In this document: in pieces, positions 1-8,149 of the stretch | How positions within the stretch are numbered: position 1 is the first letter of the stretch | How the letters are laid out: each line of letters begins with the position of its first letter | Source of the DNA: a virus | Virus record (IMG/VR): IMGVR_UViG_3300035698_035364 | Location: 1-64,000 of that record | Direction: 5' to 3' (one strand) | Length of the DNA stretch: 64,000 nucleotides | Translations under genes and position numbers: made by a program | The notes under the pieces: generated by a model | Told to the model about the DNA's origin: nothing | What the model saw: only the letters and a program-made list of their open reading frames with translations | Database searches by the model: none

Positions 1-591
1 ATGTTTTTTATCGTTAATAAGACATCTGGTAGAATTACTATGAATGACCTGGGGGAAAAGGGGGTTACACTAGGGCCTCGTCAAGCCGTTGATCTCGATG
101 CAATTGGTGTCCCAAGAGAATTATCAGATAAGTCCCATCATCTTAAAACTGCTAAAAAAAGGGGGGAAATAGAAGTAAAAGTAAAAACAGAAGAGAAGAA
201 AAGAAAGCCTCAAGTTATACGAGAGGTTGCTGCTCCTAATAATGATTTGAAAGGCATACAATCTGATATTAGGGATCTAAAAGGGACATTACAAGAGATG
301 TCCCAACAAAAGAATGAAGGAGTGGGATTATCTAAAGAAGATTTGGCAGTATTCGCTAAGCAGATTATTGAGTCGATTCCTGCTTCTTCAGAGACAGTAG
401 TAATAAGAGAAAAAGGAGTAACAGATGAGGTGGAAGTAGAAGTAGATGAAGATCTTTTGGTGGATATAAATGCTCGCACGGTAGAGAATAAAGTAAAAAA
501 TGTTGAAGTGAAGTCAGTTAGCTATGAAAAGAAGAAGGTGACTGATACCGTAAGTAAAAATGTAGATGAACTAGAAGACCTTTTTGGTTAA
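1..591 (+). CDS. Hypothetical protein: small N-terminal globular domain, coiled coil, acidic C-terminus; candidate actin partner
   Basis: 196-aa ORF starting at base 1 (upstream context not visible); heptad-like segment NDLKGIQSDIRDLKGTLQEM; ends DELEDLFG. Confidence 0.6.
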   Translation: MFFIVNKTSGRITMNDLGEKGVTLGPRQAVDLDAIGVPRELSDKSHHLKTAKKRGEIEVKVKTEEKKRKPQVIREVAAPNNDLKGIQSDIRDLKGTLQEMSQQKNEGVGLSKEDLAVFAKQIIESIPASSETVVIREKGVTDEVEVEVDEDLLVDINARTVENKVKNVEVKSVSYEKKKVTDTVSKNVDELEDLFG

Positions 592-617
592 AGAAAAGTC
601 AATTCTTAGGTCGATTA
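589..617 (+). promoter_or_regulatory. Possible sigma28-like promoter (TAAA-N17-GTCGATTA) for the actin gene
   Basis: Resembles FliA/SigD TAAA-N15/16-GCCGATAA; a similar motif lies on the minus strand at 63329-63356; AAGGAG RBS follows before ATG 653. Confidence 0.35.
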
Positions 618-652
618 TATAGTTAGTGACAATAGTTTAAGGAGATTTAGTT

Positions 653-1699
653 ATGAGTAAAGTGTTGGGCATCGATGTCGGCACGATGTTTTTTCAGACT
701 GCGGAGAATGCAGCAGATGGAACTACTGAATTTAAAAAGATACGAAATGCTTTTGTAGAGTTAGAAGCTTCTGAAGATATTGAACAGGCATTGGAACAGA
801 ATAAATGGCAATATGTGGCTGATGGTAAGAAATACTATGTTATTGGAGAGGATAGCATGAGAGTTGCCCGTATGTTCCCTGGTAGAGTGGAACTGAGAAG
901 GCCTATGCAAGATGGGGTGTTGAATAAGGGGGAAGATAAAAAAATGTTGGTTCTAGCTAAGATGATAGAAGATTCTATTGGTAAAACTTCAGATCCTTTG
1001 TCTCTTATTTGCACTAGTGTTTCTTCTGATCCGGTGGATGATGCAGTAGATAATGTATTTCATAGGGCCAGATTAGAAGGAATGTTCAAGAGATTGGGAT
1101 GGAAGGTTAAGATCATTGAGGAAGGCCATGCCGTAGTATTGGCAGAGAGACCTGTTATTATTGAAGATGGAGAGGAAATACCTTACAGTGGGTTGGGGAT
1201 GTCTTTCGGAGCAGGAAAAGTAAACTGCGTTTTAGCTTATCGAGGGTTGTCAGTAATTGGTATGAGTGCGGCCAGAAGTGGTGACTGGATCGATAAAAAG
1301 GTGTCTGAGCAGACAGATACCCCTGTGTCTCAAGTGACTAATATTAAAGAAACTAAGTTAGATTTTGACAATATAGATCTGGACGATGATGTAATTTTCG
1401 CTCTTGATGCGTATTATGGGACTATGTTGCAATATGTGTTTAAGAATTTTGCTAATAAGTTTGCTAAAGTAAAGAGTCAATTTGAGACTCCTATTGATAT
1501 AGTAATAGCAGGAGGCACTTCTTTGCCGAAGGGATTTGTTAATAAGGTCAGGGATGTGGTTGGCGGATTGGAATTGCCGTTTGAGATTAAAGAAATTAAG
1601 CATTCTGAGGATCCTACTAATTCTGTGGTTAAGGGCTGTTTGACTCAGGCTATTATTTCTCAGAAGAAATTAGAGAAGAATGAGGGGCTATTCGGTTAG
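653..1699 (+). CDS. Actin-like ATPase (MreB/ParM/FtsA superfamily), volactin-like subfamily
   Basis: All five actin-fold motifs: phosphate-1 LGIDVGT, connect-1 IIEEGHAVV, phosphate-2 GMSFGAGKVN, adenosine IVIAGGTSLPKGF, connect-2 DPTNSVVKG. RNAF, RRPMQDG and ARSGDWID match volactin-type actins as I recall them. Confidence 0.9.
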   Translation: MSKVLGIDVGTMFFQTAENAADGTTEFKKIRNAFVELEASEDIEQALEQNKWQYVADGKKYYVIGEDSMRVARMFPGRVELRRPMQDGVLNKGEDKKMLVLAKMIEDSIGKTSDPLSLICTSVSSDPVDDAVDNVFHRARLEGMFKRLGWKVKIIEEGHAVVLAERPVIIEDGEEIPYSGLGMSFGAGKVNCVLAYRGLSVIGMSAARSGDWIDKKVSEQTDTPVSQVTNIKETKLDFDNIDLDDDVIFALDAYYGTMLQYVFKNFANKFAKVKSQFETPIDIVIAGGTSLPKGFVNKVRDVVGGLELPFEIKEIKHSEDPTNSVVKGCLTQAIISQKKLEKNEGLFG

Positions 1700-1709
1700 A
1701 TAATAAAAT

Positions 1710-1741
1710 AGAGGTTTTGCATGTGTTTTTAGGAAGTTATA
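1710..1741 (+). promoter_or_regulatory. Putative phage promoter AGAGG-N18-GAAGTTATA (copy 1)
   Basis: Same bipartite motif, with an 18-19 nt spacer, in five intergenic regions. Confidence 0.65.
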
Positions 1742-1771
1742 TTTAAGATAAATATAGCTTCTTTTTTTTTT
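1733..1771 (+). terminator. Intrinsic terminator-like hairpin plus T10, overlapping the promoter -10-like box (copy 1)
   Basis: GAAGTTATATTTA-aga-TAAATATAGCTTC (13-bp stem, one G-U) followed by 10 T, then GGAG. Confidence 0.7.
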
Positions 1772-1780
1772 GGAGTTAAG

Positions 1781-3547
1781 ATGAACATAAAAGAATATAT
1801 TAATAAATGGGCCGAATTGCCTTTTAAACAATCCGCTGAGTCTTATTGGGACGATGATCCTATCCCTCCTGCACAACCTGACCCTACTGAACAACCTGCT
1901 CCTGTCGTGCAGCCCGAACCTGTTGCACAGCCTATCCCTAAGGGAGCAGGCAATACATACCCTACTGGTTTTAGCCAATGGGAAATGGAACAACCGAAAG
2001 GACAATGGCAAAAGGAAAATACAGAGGGAGAGTTAGAGGATATATCGAAGGAAAAGAGCAGGGGCACGAAGGGTTATTATATAAATATTTTTGAAGTGGT
2101 AATGGATTCCGATGTGGCGGTAGCTTTAAAGGGAATGAAATATAAATACAAAGAGTGGGGTGATAGAGGCCCTAATTTCGGCAAATTTTTCAATACTCCG
2201 GGGGCTATGGCATTAATAAAACAAGAGTTGGACCAACTTGGACAACAACTAGGTTGTGAATTCACTGATCAATGGATGGTTGAAGCTGAAGAGTTCTTTA
2301 ATAAAGTTGACGGCACATCATCCGATTCTTCTACACAAGTTGAGCAAATAGTAGAAAGTATTCTTGGAAGTGGAGATTTAACTGTTGAAGCCAAAGAGGA
2401 GAAGTTAAATGTTTTTATACTTGACAAGATAAAAGAACTTTCAAAGATGACTGATGAAGCTTCTAAGCAGCAAGTTATAATGGATTTTCTTTCAATGAGT
2501 GATAAATTTCATACTTATAGTTTTGTTAATAGAATCCTGATGTTATTACAGAATAAAAAGGTTGGGAGATGTGTGGCCGGGGAGAAAGCATGGGAGAAGG
2601 ATAATTTCAAAAGAAAAGTTCGAGAAGGTGAAAAACCTATGGATATTTTTGCCCCAGATGTGCCTTCAGTCCGTCTATCGGTAATCAAGGAGACAATAAG
2701 GGCGTTAGAGGAAAAGATGGCAACATATGGAGGCTCTAACGCAATGACGCTCAAGGAAGTATGGAAAGGGACACCTTATTCTGCTGGGGCATATATTCGT
2801 CATGTTTTTAATCAAAGTAATCATACCTTGGAAAATGTTATTGGTATAATGCAAGATACTGTTGACGACGCTACTGTTAAAAATATACCAGATCACCAAT
2901 ATATCAAGTATAGTTCATTCAACAAGAAATTTAAGATAGTTCCAGTTTTTGATATTAAGCAAACTGATCCAACAGGACCAGATTCTTTTGAGGAGACAAC
3001 TTTAGAGAATGATTTATGGCAGGCAGATAATCAACCAGATGAGAAAGCAGTTACGTTAACGGGAGCATTGGTGGAGTGGGCGGCAACAGCGACTTACGGT
3101 TTCGGTGCTGGAAAGAAAACAGGGATTATAATAAATTTGAAGGAAAAGCTTGACCCTTCATTAGGTGGGTATTCATCGGGGGCCGCTGTTGCTATTAATT
3201 CTATGTCAGAGGGATGGAGACAATTTTCAACTGTTGTCCATGAGGTCGCACATTCTTTATTGCATTTTGAGGAGAAATATAGAGATAACGCAACCAAAAT
3301 GCAAAGGGAAATAGAAGCGGAAGCTACAGCGTTTGTAGTTTTAAGTAAGTTTGGGTATCCAAAACCTGCCCTTGCTGGTAATTATCTAGCATTGCATAAA
3401 GCTACATCGGATGATGTGATAAAGAGATATAAGCAAATTGATATATCTGCTAAACAAATAATTAAGGGGATAGAGCAAAAGTTGGGAGGCAAGCAAGCTA
3501 GTGGTAATTGGTTTAAAAGGATGAAGATAGCATCAATAACTAAATAG
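1781..3547 (+). CDS. ArdC-like polyvalent protein: ArdC-N ssDNA-binding domain plus zincin-like HEXXH domain, Pro-rich N-terminal extension
   Basis: FHTYSFVNRILMLLQ...VAGEKAWE...RKVREGEKPMDIFAP and VPVFDIKQT (ArdC-N-like); TVVHEVAHSLLH...REIEAEATAFVV (HEXXH plus downstream E). Confidence 0.8.
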   Translation: MNIKEYINKWAELPFKQSAESYWDDDPIPPAQPDPTEQPAPVVQPEPVAQPIPKGAGNTYPTGFSQWEMEQPKGQWQKENTEGELEDISKEKSRGTKGYYINIFEVVMDSDVAVALKGMKYKYKEWGDRGPNFGKFFNTPGAMALIKQELDQLGQQLGCEFTDQWMVEAEEFFNKVDGTSSDSSTQVEQIVESILGSGDLTVEAKEEKLNVFILDKIKELSKMTDEASKQQVIMDFLSMSDKFHTYSFVNRILMLLQNKKVGRCVAGEKAWEKDNFKRKVREGEKPMDIFAPDVPSVRLSVIKETIRALEEKMATYGGSNAMTLKEVWKGTPYSAGAYIRHVFNQSNHTLENVIGIMQDTVDDATVKNIPDHQYIKYSSFNKKFKIVPVFDIKQTDPTGPDSFEETTLENDLWQADNQPDEKAVTLTGALVEWAATATYGFGAGKKTGIIINLKEKLDPSLGGYSSGAAVAINSMSEGWRQFSTVVHEVAHSLLHFEEKYRDNATKMQREIEAEATAFVVLSKFGYPKPALAGNYLALHKATSDDVIKRYKQIDISAKQIIKGIEQKLGGKQASGNWFKRMKIASITK

Positions 3548-3577
3548 AGGGTTTTAAGGATTTTGACAGAAGTTATA
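3546..3577 (+). promoter_or_regulatory. Putative phage promoter AGAGG-N18-GAAGTTATA (copy 2)
   Basis: Same boxes and spacing as copy 1. Confidence 0.65.
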
Positions 3578-3609
3578 TTTTAGAGAATATAGCTTCTTTT
3601 TTTTTGGAG
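3569..3609 (+). repeat. Direct repeat of the 1733-1775 hairpin/T-tract/RBS element (terminator-like copy 2)
   Basis: GAAGTTATATTT-N-AATATAGCTTC-T9/10-GGAG at both 1733 and 3569; essentially only the loop differs. Confidence 0.85.
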
Positions 3610-3622
3610 AAAGGCATACAGA

Positions 3623-4345
3623 ATGAGCAGAAGGCACACATATAAACATGTCGAACAATATTTCGCAGACAACGGGTGTGAATTATTGGAGGAAGACTAC
3701 GCGAATTCTGTGACCAAGATGAGATATGGATGCTCTTGTGGCAATATCAGTGAAATAACTTTCGGGAATTTTCAAGCGGGGAAGAGGTGCATGGAGTGCT
3801 CAGGCAATAAAAAATTCACATTTGAATATGTGTTTAATTCTTTTAAAGACAAGGGCTGTGAGTTATTAGAGACTAAATACGAAGGCATAAAAACATCAAT
3901 GAGGTATAGGTGTAAATGTGGGAATATAGACAAAATTCGTTTTGATGATTTCAAGAGAGGTAGTTTTTGTCATAATTGTGCTATAAAGAAAAGAGCAGGT
4001 ATTAATCATTATAATTACAATCCTGATTTAACGGACGAGGAAAGAATAACTAACGACACTAGGGTTCATCAAATTGAATACAGAGAGTGGAGAAAAGGAG
4101 TTTTTAAAAAAGACGGTTATAGTTGTCAGAGATGTTCTACAAAGGGGTGTCGTTTAAATGCTCATCATATTAAGAATTGGGCAAGTGATGTTGAAGGTAG
4201 ATATAAGACATCTAATGGTATTACTTTTTGTGAGAATTGTCATAATGAATTTCATTCAAGATATGGCAAGAAGAATAATAGTGAAGAACAGGTTAATGAG
4301 TTTATTCATACTTGTTTAATAGGAGTTGGAAATGGGATATTGTAG
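3623..4345 (+). CDS. Free-standing HNH (homing) endonuclease with two N-terminal Cys-rich repeats
   Basis: Repeats GCELLEEDY..MRYGCSCGN..F..GKRCMEC and GCELLETKY..MRYRCKCGN..F..GSFCHNC; C-terminal CQRC..LNAHHIKNW..NGITFCENCHNEFH. Confidence 0.9.
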   Translation: MSRRHTYKHVEQYFADNGCELLEEDYANSVTKMRYGCSCGNISEITFGNFQAGKRCMECSGNKKFTFEYVFNSFKDKGCELLETKYEGIKTSMRYRCKCGNIDKIRFDDFKRGSFCHNCAIKKRAGINHYNYNPDLTDEERITNDTRVHQIEYREWRKGVFKKDGYSCQRCSTKGCRLNAHHIKNWASDVEGRYKTSNGITFCENCHNEFHSRYGKKNNSEEQVNEFIHTCLIGVGNGIL

Positions 4346-5069
4346 CGAGGAGGACATTGTAAAGACAATTGCTCAAACATTGACATCGGCTACTACTCAG
4401 ACTGTAGATGGGTTAAATACCTATGCTAATTTGATCAATGTAGGCAATGTTATGGACAAAAATTTAGTTACTACTGAGAATGTTAATTACTATATTCAGT
4501 TAGCAGATAGTGAAATAGATGCCATCCTTAGTGAATTATATAAGACTCCTTTTTGTGAGAGAGTTGATTTTGAGACAGTGATGTTTTCTGGCCTAGATGA
4601 ATATAATAATTATATTGTGTTGGAAAAACCATGCCCGTTAGCTGCGGGAGATATAGTGATGTTGAAATATACCACTACTACTACTGACACGGAAGAACGA
4701 CATGTTATAGATGAAGTAATAAGTAGCACTGTATTCTCCACTGTGAGTGAGATACAGTTTGAATTCCCAGAAGATACCAGGATTTTAAGACTTGTTTATC
4801 CTCCTCCTATTAGATTTATCTCAGCTAGAATAGCTTCAGCAGTTATATATGATAAGTATTTCTCAGCAGAGAGTTCTCCTAATAAATCAGGTTTTGGAGA
4901 GACGTTAAGAGGTTTGGCACAAGACCGTTTAAATGATGTTTTGAATGGAACTATCATATTACATGGTGCTACGAGAATTGGTCGTAGATTCTATAATCCT
5001 AATCTTGTTGATCAATATGCATTGCCATCAGGCGGAACCATATCTAAAGAACAAAGGCAGATTAAATAA
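4332..5069 (+). CDS. Head-to-tail connector/adaptor (Mu gp36/DUF1320-like) with an inserted beta domain
   Basis: MGYCSEEDI, IQLADSEIDAILSELYKTPF, PPPIRFISARIASAVIY, AQDRLNDVLNG. Start moved from TTG 4326 to ATG 4332 because AGGAG lies at 4321-4325. Confidence 0.7.
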   Translation: MGYCSEEDIVKTIAQTLTSATTQTVDGLNTYANLINVGNVMDKNLVTTENVNYYIQLADSEIDAILSELYKTPFCERVDFETVMFSGLDEYNNYIVLEKPCPLAAGDIVMLKYTTTTTDTEERHVIDEVISSTVFSTVSEIQFEFPEDTRILRLVYPPPIRFISARIASAVIYDKYFSAESSPNKSGFGETLRGLAQDRLNDVLNGTIILHGATRIGRRFYNPNLVDQYALPSGGTISKEQRQIK

Positions 5070-5329
5070 TGGGTAAAGATAATTGGAGCGATTTTTTGGG
5101 AGATTTAGTGGGGAAAGTAAAGAGTTTGGATGATAAAGAGGTGGGAGCAGATATGCAGTCTGCTAAAATAAGACTAGCCAAAGATGCAAGAGGGGCAGTA
5201 GTTAATGCACTGGCGGATGAGTATTTATGTAAAGAAAAGAAAATAGATCCTCCAAAAGAGATGGAGATTCAGGAAAATGAAGTGATTTTTGAACTTGTTG
5301 ATAGAGAAATCGAAAAGGCATTAGAGTAA
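5069..5329 (+). CDS. Hypothetical neck-region protein
   Basis: 86 aa; TAATG overlap with the connector gene; lies between connector and terminator. Confidence 0.5.
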   Translation: MGKDNWSDFLGDLVGKVKSLDDKEVGADMQSAKIRLAKDARGAVVNALADEYLCKEKKIDPPKEMEIQENEVIFELVDREIEKALE

Positions 5330-5335
5330 TTTACT

Positions 5336-6247
5336 ATGGCAATGGAAGAAGTTTTAGATAGTGTTAGAAGGATAGTTTATAAGTGGGTTAATACCTCTAG
5401 CCGAATAAACGAAGATCTTTTCACGGGAGATAGTATAGTCTGCACAAGGAGTCCTCGAAGATTCTCTGTGGGTGACAGCGTAATGATAAGAGATGATAGA
5501 AATCTGTATGAAACAGGTCTTATAGTAACAGAAGTTGATTTAGATACGGGTGATGTTTCATTGGACAATGCTATATTGAATGACTGGGCCACTGCCAACA
5601 ACTCACTTTTAATTAAGACTATTGATGATCAATTTGTTCAGGGGATTTATCTTGGAGAGCCGGATGTTATTTCTCATTATCCAGCAATTACTGTTAATGG
5701 GATTAGTAGAGGGTCAGAATGGCTTACTTTAGAAAGTACTAAAGAAAGATATGAGATAGAAGTGGGTGTTTTTGTGAAGTCTTCGAGTCATGAAAGAGGA
5801 TATCGATTTTTACTTAGGTTGGCGGACACTATTCAAAAAGGGTTAAAAAGGAATATTCAACCTTTAATCACAGATTATAATATTGTTTCTTTAACAGAAG
5901 ATATTACTAGTGGGGATGTGAATATCAGGCTTAATAATAGAGAATTATTAACTAGTTATAGGAGAATTATTATTGAGGACGCTTTTGAGTCACATGAAAA
6001 TTGGGTGACACATTTATACACTGAAGATAGCGTTACTGCTAGGGTACAAGCACCTGTATGCTTCGATTTTGACATGAATGAAACGTCGATAATTATACCT
6101 AAAAGGTTCGTTTTCAACTCCTGGCCTTCAGATATTAAGTATGGAACTATCCATAAGGGAGAGTTATTGAAGGCAGCCACGATCAGTTGGTTTGCGGAAG
6201 AGGAAGAAATGCAGTTCTTCCGTAGAGATGAGCTAAAATTAACATAA
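5336..6247 (+). CDS. Putative tail terminator/completion protein with inserted beta domains
   Basis: YPAITVNG..SEW...YEIEVGVFV...LLRLADTIQKGL core typical of gpU/gp37-like terminators; located before the tube gene. Confidence 0.55.
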   Translation: MAMEEVLDSVRRIVYKWVNTSSRINEDLFTGDSIVCTRSPRRFSVGDSVMIRDDRNLYETGLIVTEVDLDTGDVSLDNAILNDWATANNSLLIKTIDDQFVQGIYLGEPDVISHYPAITVNGISRGSEWLTLESTKERYEIEVGVFVKSSSHERGYRFLLRLADTIQKGLKRNIQPLITDYNIVSLTEDITSGDVNIRLNNRELLTSYRRIIIEDAFESHENWVTHLYTEDSVTARVQAPVCFDFDMNETSIIIPKRFVFNSWPSDIKYGTIHKGELLKAATISWFAEEEEMQFFRRDELKLT

Positions 6248-6279
6248 AAATAGACAAATAGACAGAGATACAAAAAAAA

Positions 6280-6310
6280 AAAGGATAAATAAAAAAAGGA
6301 CAGAAGTATA
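6280..6310 (+). promoter_or_regulatory. Putative phage promoter AAAGG-N18-GAAGTATA (copy 3)
   Basis: Same motif and spacing in an A-rich 139-nt intergenic region upstream of the 6387 and tube genes. Confidence 0.6.
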
Positions 6311-6386
6311 CAGATAAGGAATGGAATATTAGAATAAAACTAACTTGAGTGGTTAGGACCTTGATTAGGTATAAGGAGAATTTAGA

Positions 6387-6827
6387 ATGGCACAAATTGA
6401 TACCAATTTATATACTACTATAGCATATGAATACGCTTCTATCTGGAGTGCTTTGTTGACTCTTGATGATGGGGCGTTGAATTCGGTAAATGCTATCGTG
6501 GATGTGACAACTACAGCATATCCCACAGATGGGACAGCATCAGCAGCCGCAGCTAGAGAAATTGAGTTGGCATTGCTGAGTGTGTTTAATGGGGCGTATA
6601 ATAACATGGTTAATATGTCAAACAGCACAAGTGCTTTGTTGGAAGCTGTAAGGGCTGTAAATGACCATGTGATTAACAACTCTAGTTTTGATGGGACAGC
6701 CACAGAAAAATTGACAGATTTTGTTAATACTGATGTCGCATGGTATGACCAGATGGTTCCTATGGGGTGGTGTGAACTATCTTCAGATGCTGGTTATACC
6801 GTGACATTATGGAGATGTGGAACTTAA
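6387..6827 (+). CDS. Hypothetical Ala-rich helical protein, probably a virion component
   Basis: 146 aa; strong AAGGAG RBS; between a promoter and the tube gene. Confidence 0.6.
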   Translation: MAQIDTNLYTTIAYEYASIWSALLTLDDGALNSVNAIVDVTTTAYPTDGTASAAAAREIELALLSVFNGAYNNMVNMSNSTSALLEAVRAVNDHVINNSSFDGTATEKLTDFVNTDVAWYDQMVPMGWCELSSDAGYTVTLWRCGT

Positions 6828-6888
6828 TAGAATATAAAGAATGAATATAAAAATAATAAAAACACTAGATAGAATGGAGATATAAATC

Positions 6889-8013
6889 ATGGCAGCACAA
6901 CCTCCACATGGTTTTTATAAGAACCCTCCCGCTTATATGGGATTTGTTGGGTTTGTGAGATTGAATGCAGGAATTATCAAAGGTGATGAAGATTTCAATC
7001 CTGGTTCAATTATAAATCACGTACCTTATCTTATTAGGGCGACAACAGCTAATATTAATATTACTCAGGAAATTAGCAAACCTGACGTAGTTGATAGCCG
7101 TTATGACAAGTCAGTGTATCAGTTAGGGCCAAAGTTGGTGGACGGAACCTTAGAATTCCCGGCTGTGTATGATAGACCTGCAACTGCTACTGTTAGTGTG
7201 TTTGAAGTACTTTATCGTTATGCCGTTACTAGACAGCAAGATGGTAATTTAAGTGATTTCAGTTTAGATGTGAAATATGCAGCTTCTAATACTTTCCCTA
7301 ACCAGGCTGAGTTTACCTATGGTGGCTGTATTGCTAATACATTCCAATTTTCTGTTACCCAATCTGATGTGGTAACTTGCTCTATTGGTATTATAGGTCT
7401 AACCCGTGACTATTTCGGGCAAATTGATCCTCCTCTTCGTAGAGCAGATGATGACTCTTGTGCCTTGAAAGGTAGTGGAGATCCGGTAGAAAAAGGAGAA
7501 GTGGGTAATACGAGAATCGTTACGTGGAACGATGCTAGAGTAGAAATAGCAGGTGGTAGATTACCTAGTACTATCGGTGGTCAGTATGTGAGAACTTTTG
7601 AAGCAAATATCAATAATGATGCTGAAAGATTCTATACCTTAAACACTAAGTTGTTTGCTCAGGCCATTGCTCCTAGAAAAAGAGATGTTGATGGTAGTTT
7701 GACTCTGATGGGTCGTCATTTTGACTTATCTCAGTTAGCATTGTCTAATGAACAACAGTGTTCAGAATCCGTTAATGTTAAGTTTGGTTTTGAAGTGGCT
7801 GCTACGGGTGAGGCATGTTCATCATTAGACTCATTCGGTGTGACGGTCCCTAACTGCATATTCGAGATTGAAGAATTAAGTCTAACTAGTGATATATTTG
7901 AAAGCACAGTCAATTGGCATGCTCTGCCTGCCTCTGGAACTGGTGTTTGTGATCCGATGTTAACTACTATTGGTGGTACTACTTATGAATATCCTGCCCA
8001 AGGTGAAAGTTAA
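6889..8013 (+). CDS. Major tail tube protein, apparently two tandem tube domains
   Basis: Beta-rich; VRTFEANINNDAERFYTLN...PRKRDVDGSLTL resembles siphophage tube proteins and is echoed by NINITQEISKPDVVD...GPKLVDGTLEF; followed by a terminator, chaperones and tape measure. Confidence 0.8.
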   Translation: MAAQPPHGFYKNPPAYMGFVGFVRLNAGIIKGDEDFNPGSIINHVPYLIRATTANINITQEISKPDVVDSRYDKSVYQLGPKLVDGTLEFPAVYDRPATATVSVFEVLYRYAVTRQQDGNLSDFSLDVKYAASNTFPNQAEFTYGGCIANTFQFSVTQSDVVTCSIGIIGLTRDYFGQIDPPLRRADDDSCALKGSGDPVEKGEVGNTRIVTWNDARVEIAGGRLPSTIGGQYVRTFEANINNDAERFYTLNTKLFAQAIAPRKRDVDGSLTLMGRHFDLSQLALSNEQQCSESVNVKFGFEVAATGEACSSLDSFGVTVPNCIFEIEELSLTSDIFESTVNWHALPASGTGVCDPMLTTIGGTTYEYPAQGES

Positions 8014-8042
8014 CCGTTATAGTTAACCCATAGAATAATTAC

Positions 8043-8076
8043 GGGGAGAGCAGTTCTTTGCTCTCCCCTTTTCTTT
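8043..8076 (+). terminator. Rho-independent terminator after the tube gene
   Basis: GGGGAGAGCA-gttctt-TGCTCTCCCC (10-bp perfect stem) followed by TTTTCTTT. Confidence 0.9.
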
Positions 8077-8149
8077 CCTTTCCTAATGAGATTTCCCTGT
8101 TTTTTTCGATAGTAAATAGAGATGAATTATATTCTTAAAGGAGAAAAAT

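Noticed and set aside
1733-3609. The palindromic repeat as a CRISPR array or transposon end
   Set aside because: Only two copies 1.8 kb apart, no spacers, no cas or transposase gene; terminator/promoter layout explains it better
6248-6386. Structured ncRNA or tRNA in the A-rich intergenic region
   Set aside because: No cloverleaf or stable pairing visible; A-tracts plus promoter copy 3 and an RBS account for it. No tRNA or rRNA was recognised anywhere in the window
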